Source: an uncultured delta proteobacterium (lineage in GTDB: Bacteria; Myxococcota; Myxococcia; Myxococcales; Myxococcaceae). Taken from it: 64,000 bases of DNA. Location: assembly GCA_963771175.1 (NCBI GenBank), contig CAVYSY010000044.1, positions 1 through 64,000 on the forward strand. Reading direction: 5' to 3'. Made by a program: the position numbers and the translations under genes. How positions within the stretch are numbered: the stretch's first letter is position 1; each line of letters opens with the position of its first letter. Below are positions 1-10,546 of this stretch, in pieces. The notes under the pieces were generated by a model. It searched no databases. It saw only the letters and a list, made by a program, of their open reading frames with translations, and was not told the DNA's origin.

Positions 1-2
1 CT

Positions 3-344
3 TACAGGCACCTTTCGGTGAGCCGCCCCCGACAGGAGGAGTGGCTGGAGGGGTGCTTGAAGGTGGCCCAGGAGAGGGCACGCGCCATCGTGCGAGAGAA
101 GTACCGGCGGAGCTATGGCAAGGCCGCCCTGCTGCTGGCGGCGTGTGCCGAGGTGCTCCAGAGACGAGGACAGCAGGCGCGGGCCCAGGAGTTCCTCCGC
201 CGCTTCCGCGAGGAGTTTCCCCGGCACAGCGCCTTCCAGGCGGAAATGGATGAAGCCAGCCCGTCTGGCCTCAAGGCTCCGTTACTTCAATCTGGACCTG
301 GGCGGTCTCGAGATGATCGGAATCATCGAGGACATGGAGGGTGA
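3..344 (+). CDS. Partial hypothetical protein (C-terminal part, runs in from window edge)
   Basis: Frame open from position 3; helical protein-like sequence (KYRRSYGKAALLLAACAE...FPRHSAFQAEM); true stop uncertain because it overlaps the next gene. Confidence 0.5.
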   Translation, partial: YRHLSVSRPRQEEWLEGCLKVAQERARAIVREKYRRSYGKAALLLAACAEVLQRRGQQARAQEFLRRFREEFPRHSAFQAEMDEASPSGLKAPLLQSGPGRSRDDRNHRGHGG

Positions 345-687
345 TGGTATGGATTCCGGTGATGCCACCGGCCCTGTAGCTGAGCGGCTCCAGGAGGTGT
401 GACTCGGAAGCCGCCACGGGAGCAAAGGTCTTGCATCTCTTCTGAGACGATTGGCCGCACGAGTTTTCCGCGAAGCCGTCGGCGTTTCGATCGGACGTAT
501 AATAATACGAAATCGTGCCTCTGTGCAGCACGCGCGCATTCACGGAAATCTCACCCTGTCTGCCAATGCTGGCGGTGCCCTGGGCGTTCTCGTCTCCCGC
601 GAAGACCTCGAGGATCTGCGGCGGGGAGCACGCGCCCTGGAACGCCAGACAGAAGACAGTCATCAACAACACTCCGCGGGTTTTCAT
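271..687 (-). CDS. Hypothetical lipoprotein
   Basis: ATG with upstream GGAGGG; signal/lipobox MKTRGVLLMTVFCLAFQGAC; fused to upstream ORF in the track only because of a frameshift. Confidence 0.65.
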   Translation of the reverse strand: MKTRGVLLMTVFCLAFQGACSPPQILEVFAGDENAQGTASIGRQGEISVNARVLHRGTISYYYTSDRNADGFAENSCGQSSQKRCKTFAPVAASESHLLEPLSYRAGGITGIHTITLHVLDDSDHLETAQVQIEVTEP

Positions 688-728
688 GGGACCCTCCCTT
701 GCAGGCTCACGTTGTCCGGTCAGACTTC

Positions 729-1560
729 TCAGTTGCGGCAGATGTTCAGCATGGCCAGCTGCGGATTGGGTCCGCAGACCTCGTCGAGGCGAGCGCGCGC
801 ATTGACATAGCCGTGCTGGAACGCGGTGACCCGCTCCGGGCAGCTCCCGTGACCCGCGGGGTTGAACCAGGCCCAGCTCGGGTCTCCCCCCGCCGCAGAG
901 TGAAAGAAAGGCCGCGTTCAAGTCTCCCGGTTGCAGGTTCCCGACGGATTCCTCCACGGCGGCGAAGATTCCCGCCTGGCAGTCCGCGTGCAACTCGTTC
1001 TGACGGCCGAGCCTCATGGGGTTGGGGGAGAGCCCGTTCCTCGCCTGGTTCAGGTGACCCCATTCGTGAGCGATGATAACCACAGGGGCGAAGTTGTTGA
1101 ACTGCCGCTCCTGGAGGTTGAGGAAGTTGTAGTCCCAGGAAATCGAATCACTTAGCACGCAGTAGAAGGCATTGTTGGGGCCCAATGCACCGCATGCTCC
1201 GATGGAGCCCTCGCGCCCATACGAGCAGATGCCGTTGGTCGGATAGGTGCGCCAGAGCGTCATGAGTCGATTGACCACGAACTGGGCGGTCGGACCGATG
1301 CCATTGCAGCTCTGGGGTACCAACCACTGGGACTGAGGCATTCGAAGGCACGCGTTGGGCGTGGCCACCGCGGGCACGGGCTGGAATGTGACCGCGCCCG
1401 TGGCCTGCTGGATGGGCGGAGCCGAGGGAGGAGGCGCGACGTTGGACTGCTGTTCCCACGAAGAGAGATCGTACTCCATGGAGGTCGAGGTGGAGCAGCC
1501 CGTACTTGCGGCGAGAATGACGAGAGTCCAGATGGGTTTCAGTGGGGGTCGAGTGTCCAT
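729..1560 (-). CDS. Neutral zinc metallopeptidase lipoprotein (YpfJ-like), frameshifted at ~886-891
   Basis: NAFYC, AHEWGH, ELHADCQAG; C-terminal GDPSWAWFNPAGHGSCPERVTAFQHGY lies in another frame after a G6 run. Confidence 0.8.
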
Positions 1561-1587
1561 TGTCGCGCTCCGACTGACCAAGTCTTG

Positions 1588-2370
1588 TTAGAGGGTGTAT
1601 CCCACGAGGGCTCCGATTGCCGTCCCTGTAAAGCTCGCCAGCGGAACGGAGGCGGATGCGCCGACCTTGAAGTGGTCATCGATTCCGTAGAACGCATCCA
1701 CGCCCAAGAACAACTCCGGCGCCTTCATGTCAGCGCTCGTCGCGAACAGCCTTCCCGTCGCTGAAAGCCCCTTTCCACTACCAAGCGAGCCAGCAGCAAA
1801 GGCGTAATACCCAACCCGCTCCCGCGTCAGCCTGGGGGAGGCCGCGAAGCTGACTTCCACGAAATCCAACCACCGCACCTTCGTGGCCAGCTCGACGTTG
1901 ACCTCATAGATATTGGCCAGTATCAGCTTCGGGGAGACCGCCAGCTCCACCATACGCTGCTTGCCGTCACCCTCCTTGACGGGTGTCAGGCGAGCGAACA
2001 CGTCGAGGGTCGTCGTTCTCTGAGCCGCTGGCTCGGAAACCGCTTCTTGTCCAAGCACGAAGAGGCTCTTGCCCTTCAGCTTGACTCCCGCCCTGGGGCT
2101 CGCGGGCAGGCTCTTCATGCTCAAATCCGCTGACAGCGAAGCTCCAACCAGTCCCGAGCCCGCAGCCAGGTCACTGCCGAACTGGAATTGAAGCATCGGC
2201 AGCCGCTTTTCCACGGCGGCGCTGACTGGAACCTCGGCATCCGGCGGTACAACGTTCTCGGTTACACCCGGTTCCTCGACATCAGGTCCGGACAATGACT
2301 GCCCAGGGTAGTCAATCTGTGCTTTCGCCACAGAGCCCACCAACAACAGAGAAAGCAAAACAACCCGCAT
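1588..2370 (-). CDS. Exported beta-strand-rich protein, possible outer membrane beta-barrel
   Basis: Signal peptide MRVVLLSLLLVGSVAKA; amphipathic strands; C-terminal GYTL. Confidence 0.6.
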   Translation of the reverse strand: MRVVLLSLLLVGSVAKAQIDYPGQSLSGPDVEEPGVTENVVPPDAEVPVSAAVEKRLPMLQFQFGSDLAAGSGLVGASLSADLSMKSLPASPRAGVKLKGKSLFVLGQEAVSEPAAQRTTTLDVFARLTPVKEGDGKQRMVELAVSPKLILANIYEVNVELATKVRWLDFVEVSFAASPRLTRERVGYYAFAAGSLGSGKGLSATGRLFATSADMKAPELFLGVDAFYGIDDHFKVGASASVPLASFTGTAIGALVGYTL

Positions 2371-2492
2371 GACCGCTCCTTGGAATGACGATGGAGTCGC
2401 CGACGCCGTACGCCCAATCACTCTCAGCACCAACGCGCGAGAACTCTGACAGGGCGCCCCCGAAAAAGCGATTACACACCATTACACAGCAG

Positions 2493-3320
2493 TCACATCG
2501 AGGCGACGGTGACGCCAATTCCTGGCAGCACCTCAACCCAGGACACCGAGGGAAAACCCGCTTCTTCAAACATTCGCAGGAACTCCTCGCCCGTGCGGTG
2601 CCGCACGAATCCCGGGTCGGCCAGCACCGAGAGGGGCCGGGCCAGCTCGACAAACCACTTGGGCCCCGGGTCCGCCACGAAGGCCTTGCCTCCCGGTGCC
2701 AGCACCTCGCGGAAGGCTCGCGCCGCCGCCGGTCCGTCCGGGTAGTGGTGGAAGGAGAGGCAGCAGACGATGGCGTCGAAGTACCCCTCGAACACCTCGG
2801 GAGGTTGGGCCACGTCCGCCTGGAAGAAGGCCATGTTCTGGCTTCCCGCCTTCCGCGCCGCTCGCCACGCCGTCTCCACCATGCCCCGTGACAGGTCCGC
2901 CGCCACCACCTCGCCCTCCGGCAACAGCCGCGCCAGTCTCAACGCCGAACCCCCGGGCCCCACCGAGGGGTCCAACACCCGGGCTCGCGGCGACAACGGC
3001 CGCATCAACTCCACCACCTCGTCGATGATGGGCTCCGAGAACGGGCGCACCACCGCCTCGTAGAGGCTCGCCAGCCGGTCGAACTCGCGCACCTCCTGGT
3101 AGCCCGTCGGCTCCTCCGGGAGCAGCACCGGCTCCGGATGCCGCTCCGACAGGAACCGGCCTCCTCCGCTCGGCACTCCGGGCACCAGCGCCGCCCCCAG
3201 CGTGGGCGCCACATGCAGGCCCAGTCGCTTCAGCACTCGCGCGGGCTCGAAGACATGCACCCGCCAGGACAACAGCGCCAGCGCCATGGCCTGATCCAAC
3301 AGGGGGCGTCCCCAATGCAT
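2493..3320 (-). CDS. Class I SAM-dependent methyltransferase (UbiE-like)
   Basis: VLDPSVGPG, DLSRGM, FDAIVCCLSFHH, VLAPGG motifs; start uncertain. Confidence 0.85.
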   Translation of the reverse strand: MHWGRPLLDQAMALALLSWRVHVFEPARVLKRLGLHVAPTLGAALVPGVPSGGGRFLSERHPEPVLLPEEPTGYQEVREFDRLASLYEAVVRPFSEPIIDEVVELMRPLSPRARVLDPSVGPGGSALRLARLLPEGEVVAADLSRGMVETAWRAARKAGSQNMAFFQADVAQPPEVFEGYFDAIVCCLSFHHYPDGPAAARAFREVLAPGGKAFVADPGPKWFVELARPLSVLADPGFVRHRTGEEFLRMFEEAGFPSVSWVEVLPGIGVTVASM

Positions 3321-3393
3321 GTCGCTCACGAAGGACTCCCTCCCCGCTGTCTTCTCTTCCCAGACGCGGCCATGACGCGGAGTATGCCTCCCC

Positions 3394-6300
3394 ATGACCT
3401 CGTCTGCCTCCTTCGTCGGGACCGACCGCTTCGAGGTGCGTGCCCTCCTCGGCGAAGGAGCCACGGGTCGCGTCTACCGCGTCCTGGATCGCGAGACCTC
3501 CCGCGACGTCGCTCTCAAGACGCTCCGCCTCCCCGCCGCCGAGGCCCTCTACCGCCTCAAGCAGGAGTTCCGCGCCCGCGCCGGGCTCGTCCACCCCAAC
3601 CTCCTCCAGCTCCATGAGCTCTTCGCGGAAGAGGACCGCTGCTTCTTCACCATGGAAGCCATCGAGGGCGTGGACTTCCTCCACTGGGCCCGCGGAGAGC
3701 TGGCCCTGAGCGGCCCGCGCGGCTCGACCGTGGATGACTCCACCCCCGGCACCGAGTCCCTGGAGGGCCTCGCCGACCAGGCGCCCGTCCCATCCGAGCC
3801 GCGAGCCGCGTCGGCGGGCCAGACGCTCTCCTGGGAGCGGCTGTGCCGGGGCCTCGTCCAGCTCTTCCAGGCCCTGCACGCCCTGCATGCCGCGGGGCTC
3901 GTCCACCGGGACGTCAAACCCTCCAATGTGCTCGTCACCCCCCAGGAGCGCGTCGTCCTGCTCGACTTCGGCCTCACCACCGGGCAGCACGCGCCCGGTT
4001 CGGAGTCACCCCGCTCCCGCCGCCCCGTGGGTACCCCCGCCTATATGGCTCCCGAGCAGGTAACGGGCGAGCCCGTCACTCCCGCCGCCGACCTCTACGC
4101 CGTCGGGGCCATGCTCTACGAGGTGCTCACCGGCGCCCCCCCTTTCGCCGTGCTCGGCGGCAGCCCCCTGGAGCACAAGGTGCACCGGCGCCCCCCGCAT
4201 GTGCTCGAGCTCGCCCCCCAGGTCCCCGAGGCCCTCGCCCAACTCGCCATGGAGCTGCTCTCCCTCGCGCCCGAGCGGCGCCCGGGAGCCGTCTCGTGCT
4301 CGGCCCGACTGACTCCGGGCTCCACCCCGTCCACGCCTCCCCTGGCCTCCACCGCCCCGGGCTCCCTCTTCGTGGGTCGGGCGGACGAGCTGGAGGTGCT
4401 CACCCGAGCCCTCGCCGACGTGGCCGAGCAGGGCCAACAGGTCACCCTCCACCTCCACGGCCCCTCCGGCATCGGCAAGTCCACCCTGGTGCGGCACTTC
4501 CTCGCCCACCCGCCGCCGGCCCGCTCGCCCCTCGTCCTCCAGGGGCGCTGCCACCCCCAGGAGAGCGTCCCCTACAAGGCCCTCGACGCCACCATCGACG
4601 CCCTCGCCCGTCACCTGGAGGCCCTCCCCCTCCCCGAGTCCTCCGCCCTGGTGCCCGCGCGAGCCTCCGTCCTCGCCCGGCTCTTCCCCGTCCTCGGGCG
4701 ACTGGCCGCCTTCCAGCGCGGGCCCACCCTCGAGCCCCTCCCCGACGCCACCGAGCTGCGCCGTCAGGGCGCCCAGGCCCTCCGCGAGCTGTTCGAGCGT
4801 CTCGCCCGGGGACCTCGCCCACTCGTGCTGTGGATAGATGATGCGCAGTGGGGGGATGCCGACTCGGCCCTCCTCCTCGAGGAGCTGCTGCGGTCCCCCG
4901 CGCCCCCCCTCCTGCTGCTCCTCACCTCTCGCGATGAGGACCTCGACGCCAGCCCGCTGCCGCGCCGCCTGCTGGCACGGGCTCGGCCCGGCGAAGGCGC
5001 CCAGGCGCGGGAGTTCGTGCTCGGAGCGCTCCCCGCCCGCGACGTGGGCACGCTGGCCTCGGCCCTGCTCGGCTCCGAGGACACCAGCCCCCAGGTGCGC
5101 GCCATCGTCGCCCAGGCCGAGGGCAACCCCTTCATCGCTCGCGAGCTGGCGCACCATGTCGGCGCGCAGGCCGCCCCCGAGAGGCCCGACGCCCTCGGGC
5201 CCCAGGTGGACGTGGCCCGGCTGGTGCTGGAGCGCATCCAGGCCCTCCCCGAGGAGCAGCGCGCCCTGCTGGAGGTAGCCTCCCTGGCCGGGCGCCCGCT
5301 CGCGCGTGGCGTCGCCCTGCGGGCCGCGGGGCTGGATGAGGGCGGCCGGGTGCTGGTGGGCTCGCTGCGCGATTCGGGGCTGTTGCGCGAGGTGCCGGGC
5401 GAGGGGGAGCCGGGCCTCGGCGCCTACCATGACCGCATCCGCGAGGCGCTGCTCGGCGCGATGCCGCGAGCCCTCCGTGCGCGACGGCACCGCGCCGTGG
5501 CCGAGGCCCTCGCCGCACGCGGCTCCAAGGACGACGAGGCGCTGTTGCTGCACTGGGAAGGCGCCGGCGAGCCGCTCCTCGCGGGCCGTCACGCCGTGCG
5601 CTCCGCGGACCGGGCCGCCGAGGCCCTCGCCTTCGAGCACGCCGCCGCGCTCTACCGCAAGGCGCTGGAGCTGCTCGGGGAGCAGGCGGACCGCCCCGGC
5701 CTCCTGGAGCGGCTCGCCGAGGCCCACGCCCACCTGGGGCAGGCCCCGGAGGCGGCCCACCACTACCTGGAAGCCACGCGGGCCCTGGGCGGCGCGCTGG
5801 AGCAGCCTCGGGTGAGGGACCTCCAGCGGCGCGCGGCCGAGCAGTACCTCAAGAGCGGCCGCTTCGACGACGGCTGGCGCGAGATGCACGCCGTGCTGCG
5901 CGCGCTCCGCGTTCCCATCCCCCGCTCCTTCTTCTCGGCGGTGTGGGCGGCCACCTGGCGCCGGCTGCTCTTCCTCACGCGCCGGTTGGACCTGGAGTCC
6001 CCGACCGCCGCGCCGCCCCCCGAGGAGGAGCGTCACCGTCTGGAGGTGCTGTGGACGGCCTCCACCAGCTGGGTGATGGTCAACCCCATGCTGTCCGATG
6101 CCTTCCGGACGATGCACCTGCTGGGGGCTCGACGGCTGGGCGAGGACCACCTTTATAGGGCCCTGGCGCTGGAAGCGACCATGCTGCTCCACATGGGTGG
6201 CCGGTTGATGGAGGCCATCGCCGGACGGCTGCTGGAGAGGGTGCGGCGGCGGGTGGAGCGCACGGGCACCCCTTATGACCGGGCCTGGTACGCCCTGGCC

Positions 6301-7272
6301 CTGGCCAACCGGGGCTATACCCTCGGGCTCTGGCGCGAGGTCGTGGAGGCCGGCGAGCGCGGCGACGTCCTCTTCCGCGAGCACTGCCCCGGCAGTGCCT
6401 GGGAGCGCGTCACCCTCGCCATCTTCCACCACCACGCCCTGGCCATGCGCGGCGAGCTGCGGCACCTCGCGGCACGGCTGGAGTCCTTCGAGCACGAGGC
6501 CCGCCAGCGGGGAGACCTGCACGCGCGCTGCGAGACATGGCTTGGGGAGCCGGTGGTGGCGTGGCTGGCGCTCGACCGGGCGGAGGAGGCCCGCGCCCGC
6601 GCCGAGGAGGCCCTGGCCGCCCAGTCCCCCCGGACGTCCGACTGGCCCGAGAACGCCTACCGGCGCCAGCAGTTCGCGAGCCTGATCGCCACCGTGTACA
6701 CCGCGCACTACCGTGGCGACCCCTGGCCGGCCTGGACAGCGGTGCTGGCGGAGTGGGCCCCGCTGCGAGGCTCCTTCATGCTGGCGCTGCGCACCACGGG
6801 ACTCAACCTGCGCCACATGCGCGCTCGGGCGGCGCTGGCGGCCGCCGCCACGCTCACCGACGCGCGCACCGCGCCTCCAGAGGGAGTGGACCCTCGCTGG
6901 CGGCGGCCGGCGCTGCTGGCGGACGTGCGCGCCCAGCTCCGGGTCATCGAGAAGGACGCACTGGGCTGCGCTCGCCCCATCGGCGGCCTGTTGCGGGCGG
7001 GGCTGGCGTGGCTGGAAGGGGACGCGCCGGAGGCCCTGCGGCGGCTGGAGGAGGCCGTGGAGGGCTTCGCACGGGAGGACATGGCCCTCTACCGGGAGGC
7101 CGCTCGGTACATGCTGGGAGCACTGCGCGGCGGACCCGAGGGGCGGGCCCTCCAGCAACGGGCCCGCGAGTGGATGGAGGCGGAGGGCGTGGTGCGTCCC
7201 GAGGCGCTCACGGCCGCGCTGGTGCCAGGAGTCACCCCCTGGCCTCAGCGCGCACCGACTCAGCGGCCCTGA
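3394..7272 (+). CDS. Ser/Thr protein kinase with AAA ATPase and helical repeat C-terminus
   Basis: GEGATG, HRDVKPSN, DFG, APE; Walker A GPSGIGKS; IDDAQW. Confidence 0.92.
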   Translation: MTSSASFVGTDRFEVRALLGEGATGRVYRVLDRETSRDVALKTLRLPAAEALYRLKQEFRARAGLVHPNLLQLHELFAEEDRCFFTMEAIEGVDFLHWARGELALSGPRGSTVDDSTPGTESLEGLADQAPVPSEPRAASAGQTLSWERLCRGLVQLFQALHALHAAGLVHRDVKPSNVLVTPQERVVLLDFGLTTGQHAPGSESPRSRRPVGTPAYMAPEQVTGEPVTPAADLYAVGAMLYEVLTGAPPFAVLGGSPLEHKVHRRPPHVLELAPQVPEALAQLAMELLSLAPERRPGAVSCSARLTPGSTPSTPPLASTAPGSLFVGRADELEVLTRALADVAEQGQQVTLHLHGPSGIGKSTLVRHFLAHPPPARSPLVLQGRCHPQESVPYKALDATIDALARHLEALPLPESSALVPARASVLARLFPVLGRLAAFQRGPTLEPLPDATELRRQGAQALRELFERLARGPRPLVLWIDDAQWGDADSALLLEELLRSPAPPLLLLLTSRDEDLDASPLPRRLLARARPGEGAQAREFVLGALPARDVGTLASALLGSEDTSPQVRAIVAQAEGNPFIARELAHHVGAQAAPERPDALGPQVDVARLVLERIQALPEEQRALLEVASLAGRPLARGVALRAAGLDEGGRVLVGSLRDSGLLREVPGEGEPGLGAYHDRIREALLGAMPRALRARRHRAVAEALAARGSKDDEALLLHWEGAGEPLLAGRHAVRSADRAAEALAFEHAAALYRKALELLGEQADRPGLLERLAEAHAHLGQAPEAAHHYLEATRALGGALEQPRVRDLQRRAAEQYLKSGRFDDGWREMHAVLRALRVPIPRSFFSAVWAATWRRLLFLTRRLDLESPTAAPPPEEERHRLEVLWTASTSWVMVNPMLSDAFRTMHLLGARRLGEDHLYRALALEATMLLHMGGRLMEAIAGRLLERVRRRVERTGTPYDRAWYALALANRGYTLGLWREVVEAGERGDVLFREHCPGSAWERVTLAIFHHHALAMRGELRHLAARLESFEHEARQRGDLHARCETWLGEPVVAWLALDRAEEARARAEEALAAQSPRTSDWPENAYRRQQFASLIATVYTAHYRGDPWPAWTAVLAEWAPLRGSFMLALRTTGLNLRHMRARAALAAAATLTDARTAPPEGVDPRWRRPALLADVRAQLRVIEKDALGCARPIGGLLRAGLAWLEGDAPEALRRLEEAVEGFAREDMALYREAARYMLGALRGGPEGRALQQRAREWMEAEGVVRPEALTAALVPGVTPWPQRAPTQRP

Positions 7273-10120
7273 GGCGGGCGGGTCCGCTCCAGCAGCGTTC
7301 GGAGCTGCCGCAGCACGGCCAGCAGCCCGTGCGTGGCCAGGGGCGCGTACAGCTGGCCCCACCCGGCCACCTTCCGCAGCAACACGTCGAAGGAGTCCCC
7401 CATGCCGGGCACCTTCGTGAGCAGCGAGGGGAGCAGCTCGAAGCCCAGCAGGTCCCACGGGTGGGGCCGGCCCGCGAGGAAGTTCCGCTCGTCCTGCCGC
7501 TGGAGCAGCTCCAGGTCCGGCAGCTCGTTGCGCTCGGGATTCCAGATGCGGCAGTAGTCCCCGAAGGGCGTGGTGGGGAAGAGGCCCTTCTCGTAGGGAT
7601 GGGATTGCGAGGAGCCCTGGCCGGAGCGCGGGGGCCTCAGCACCCGGCCCGCATGGTGCACGGAGCAGTGGTCGAGGATGGCGTTCACCGCATGCCGGGC
7701 GGACTCATTGGCGGACTCCATCGTGGTGAGCCGGGTGAACGTCTTCAGCCACGTGCCGGCGAAGACGAGCCGGCCGTAGTGCACCGGATAGCCTCCATGC
7801 GGGGCCTGCCAGACGTGCTTCTGGGAAGCCGCGTCCCATTCCGGAGGCGGCGGGGCCTGGGGCGTGGGATCCCAGGGCTCGGGGCCGGGCCGGCGTTGCC
7901 AGTCCCCGACGATGGGCACGAGGTAGGGCGTCTTGTTCCTCAACAGGCGCCGCTCCTTCTCGTCCCGGCTGTACTCGAGGCCCTCGTCGATGTGGACCCA
8001 GTCGGGCTCCGGCAGCACGAAGTCGGCGGGCTCCTCGCCGGGACCGCGAGAGCGCAACCCCTGGCGCAGCTGGTGGAGCACCTCCTCCTTCAGATCCTCG
8101 GGCGAGCACTCCCAGGCCGCCTTCTTCAGACGCCTCGACGGCGTGTTCCAGTCGCCGATGTCCACGCTCAGGATGGACTGGTAGGCGCTGAGCTTGCCGA
8201 CGGGACGGTCACCCCACACCAGATGGCTGCAGATGGCCGACAGCCCCCACTCCGCGTCCTGGCAGTAGAGGTAGCCGTCGAAGACGTTCACGTGCCTGGC
8301 GAAGAAGAACTGGATGCCGGAGATCGTCTGGAGCCTGTCCCAGGGGTCCTTGGGGTGCATCATCTCCGGCTGGCGCTCGACGGACTGGAGCGAATCCCTG
8401 GCGGTGGCCGCGACCTCGCGGACCTGCTTCCGAAGCAGCTCGGCCACGCCCACGTTCAGCCCCTTCGTCACCTCCATGGCGGAGAGCAGATCCGTGGCCA
8501 CGACGAAGTAGATGGGCATCTTCGCCCCCTGCTCGTCCTCCTCGGACCCGTGGAGCTGCTCGCGCTTGTCCTCCTGCTCGAAGGGGCAGGACACCCGCGC
8601 GACGAGCCGCTCGCCCGTCCACTCCAGCGTCTGGAAGCTCGCCGCAGAAGAAGCGCACGCCCAGCTCTTCCAGGTGCTTGCGCCAGTGGAAGAACCACGA
8701 CTCGCTCGTGGGCCCGTTCAGGGTGCAGTTGTTGCGCGATGTGGGGACGAGCGCCTGGGTCAGCAATTGGACGTAGGTATTGCCGCAGGTGCGCGCATCC
8801 CCTTGCTCTCCGTCGAGAGCCGCCAGCACCCGGCTCGAGGAGGTCACCAGCTCCTTGAAGGCCTTGCTGTAATGATACAGGCGCGAGCCGTTCCTCGGGT
8901 CGAGGCCCTCGAGGTAGCCCCACCACGAGAGGCCCTCCAGCTCGGCGGCCCGGCGCTGCGAGCAGGTCGTCAGGTAGCGCATCACGCGCAGCGAGAACTG
9001 GACGAGGTCCTGGGAGGTGATGCGCAGGTTGCCGATGTTGCTCAGCCCGTACTCGGCACGCGACAGGACATCTCCCACCCGAGGCGGCTCCCAGCTCAAG
9101 AGAAAGGGAGCGCTCTTCTCGCCGAACATGCCGATCTGCGGCAGGGAGACGAGATTCTCCAGGATGGACCCCCCGGCCGGCTGCCCGGTGACGTCGTACA
9201 GCGGGGTCCGCTCCATGGTGTCGAAGACGTGGCGGTAGAAGGAGGGGAAGAAGCGGTAGCCGTGCTCACCAGGGAGCTGGTGCCGGTAGGCGAGGACGCG
9301 CACCCAGTTGCGCGTCACCGGGGCCAACCCCAACCAGGAGGAGGCCTGGAGCTCGCTTTCCGAAGTCTCCACCGCGTCCGCGAGAGGCGATCCGAGCTCC
9401 GTCTTGAGGAGCTCCTGTGTCTCCATGGCCAGCCGCGAAGGCACCGACTTGTCGGGCCCCGTCGGGTCCACGGCGGCGGAGGCCGCACGGAGGCGCCGCT
9501 CCCCCTCGTCCAGCTTTTCCTGGGCCGGGTCGGAGAAGGACTGGATGAGAATCCTCACGTCGCACGGGGTGCCGAGCTCCGTGCGGAAGTACCCCGCCTC
9601 GCCGAAGAGCTTGATGTCCCTGGCGGCCTTCGTCAGTTCTCGCTCGGAGCGCGGCGTGAGCGCGAAAGAGCCGTCATCCGCCTGCTTGTACTCGAGCCAG
9701 AACACGGGGAAGTAGTCGTGGGACTTGGGGCCCTGGCCTCGCGGGGGTCCCACCTCGATGGCGTCCAGTCTCTTGAGTCCCCCGAGGAGCTCTCCGCGAA
9801 TGCTGTCACGGAGCTCCGCGCCCGCCTCGACCGGGAGCCCGAGCGGCGCCTCCCCGGGAGCCTTCTCCACGTGGAAGTAGAGCTTCTGCTTCTCGGCGAG
9901 CGCGAAGTACTGGGTGCGGGCGCAGGCCACCGACCGACGGCAGCTCCATCATGCCCTGAGGACCCAGGGCCTCCTGGCGCTCGTAGAGGTGCACCTCGAA
10001 GCCGCGGATGGCCAGCTCGTGGGCCGCCGTCATCCCGGCGACGCCACCGCCATAGACGTAGACCCTGGCGGGTTTCTTGTCTTCCTTCTTGGAGGAGGTC
10101 TCGGTTCGCGGCTCGCCCAT
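7260..10120 (-). CDS. FAD-dependent oxidoreductase (carotenoid desaturase/HpnE-like superfamily), frameshifts at ~9920 and ~8635
   Basis: GGGVAGMTAAHEL, GEHGYRFFPSFY, LNGPTSESW, LVFAGTW...TMESANESAR spread across three consecutive frames. Confidence 0.8.
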
Positions 10121-10128
10121 GCTCGCAA

Positions 10129-10546
10129 TCATGCCACTCGCGAGCAGCCTTCACGCAAGCGTCGCAACAACGCGGCGAAGCCCGGACACCGCACGGCTCC
10201 CTGCACGTAGAGCAGCAGCCCCTCGTGGAGCCGCAGCAGGGTGTCCAGCGGCCCCACCACCTCCACCGCGTCCTCGAGCACCGCCTCGGTGAGGGATCGC
10301 CGAGCATCCAGCACGTCGAGCAGCGTGCGCCGGTGGGTGGCAATCCGCGCCGACTCGTCACCCGTGGCGGCTCGGAGACGGGCACGCCGCGAGGTGAAGT
10401 CGATGGCGAAGCGCTCCTCCTCCACTGTCACCGCCACGGACAAGCCCACCAGGCGACGCGCACATCCTCGCGTGGGCCTCCGGCTGCTCCCGGAGGAGCA
10501 CCGCGAAGGACTCGGCCAGCAGCATGGCCACCAGCCCCTCAGCCAC
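10129..10546 (-). CDS. SCP2 sterol/lipid-binding-like protein, frameshift at ~10455
   Basis: Small operonic gene; LLDVLDARRSLTEAVLEDAVEVVG resembles SCP2 C-terminus; N-terminus in adjacent frame. Confidence 0.55.

Noticed and set aside
271..1581. Single 436 aa peptidase fusion protein
   Set aside because: Artefact of a frameshift joining two separate lipoprotein genes.
4006..7458. Long antisense ORFs (also 43055-46126, 57107-60280, 22902-24881)
   Set aside because: Shadow frames of real high-GC genes on the opposite strand; no motifs.
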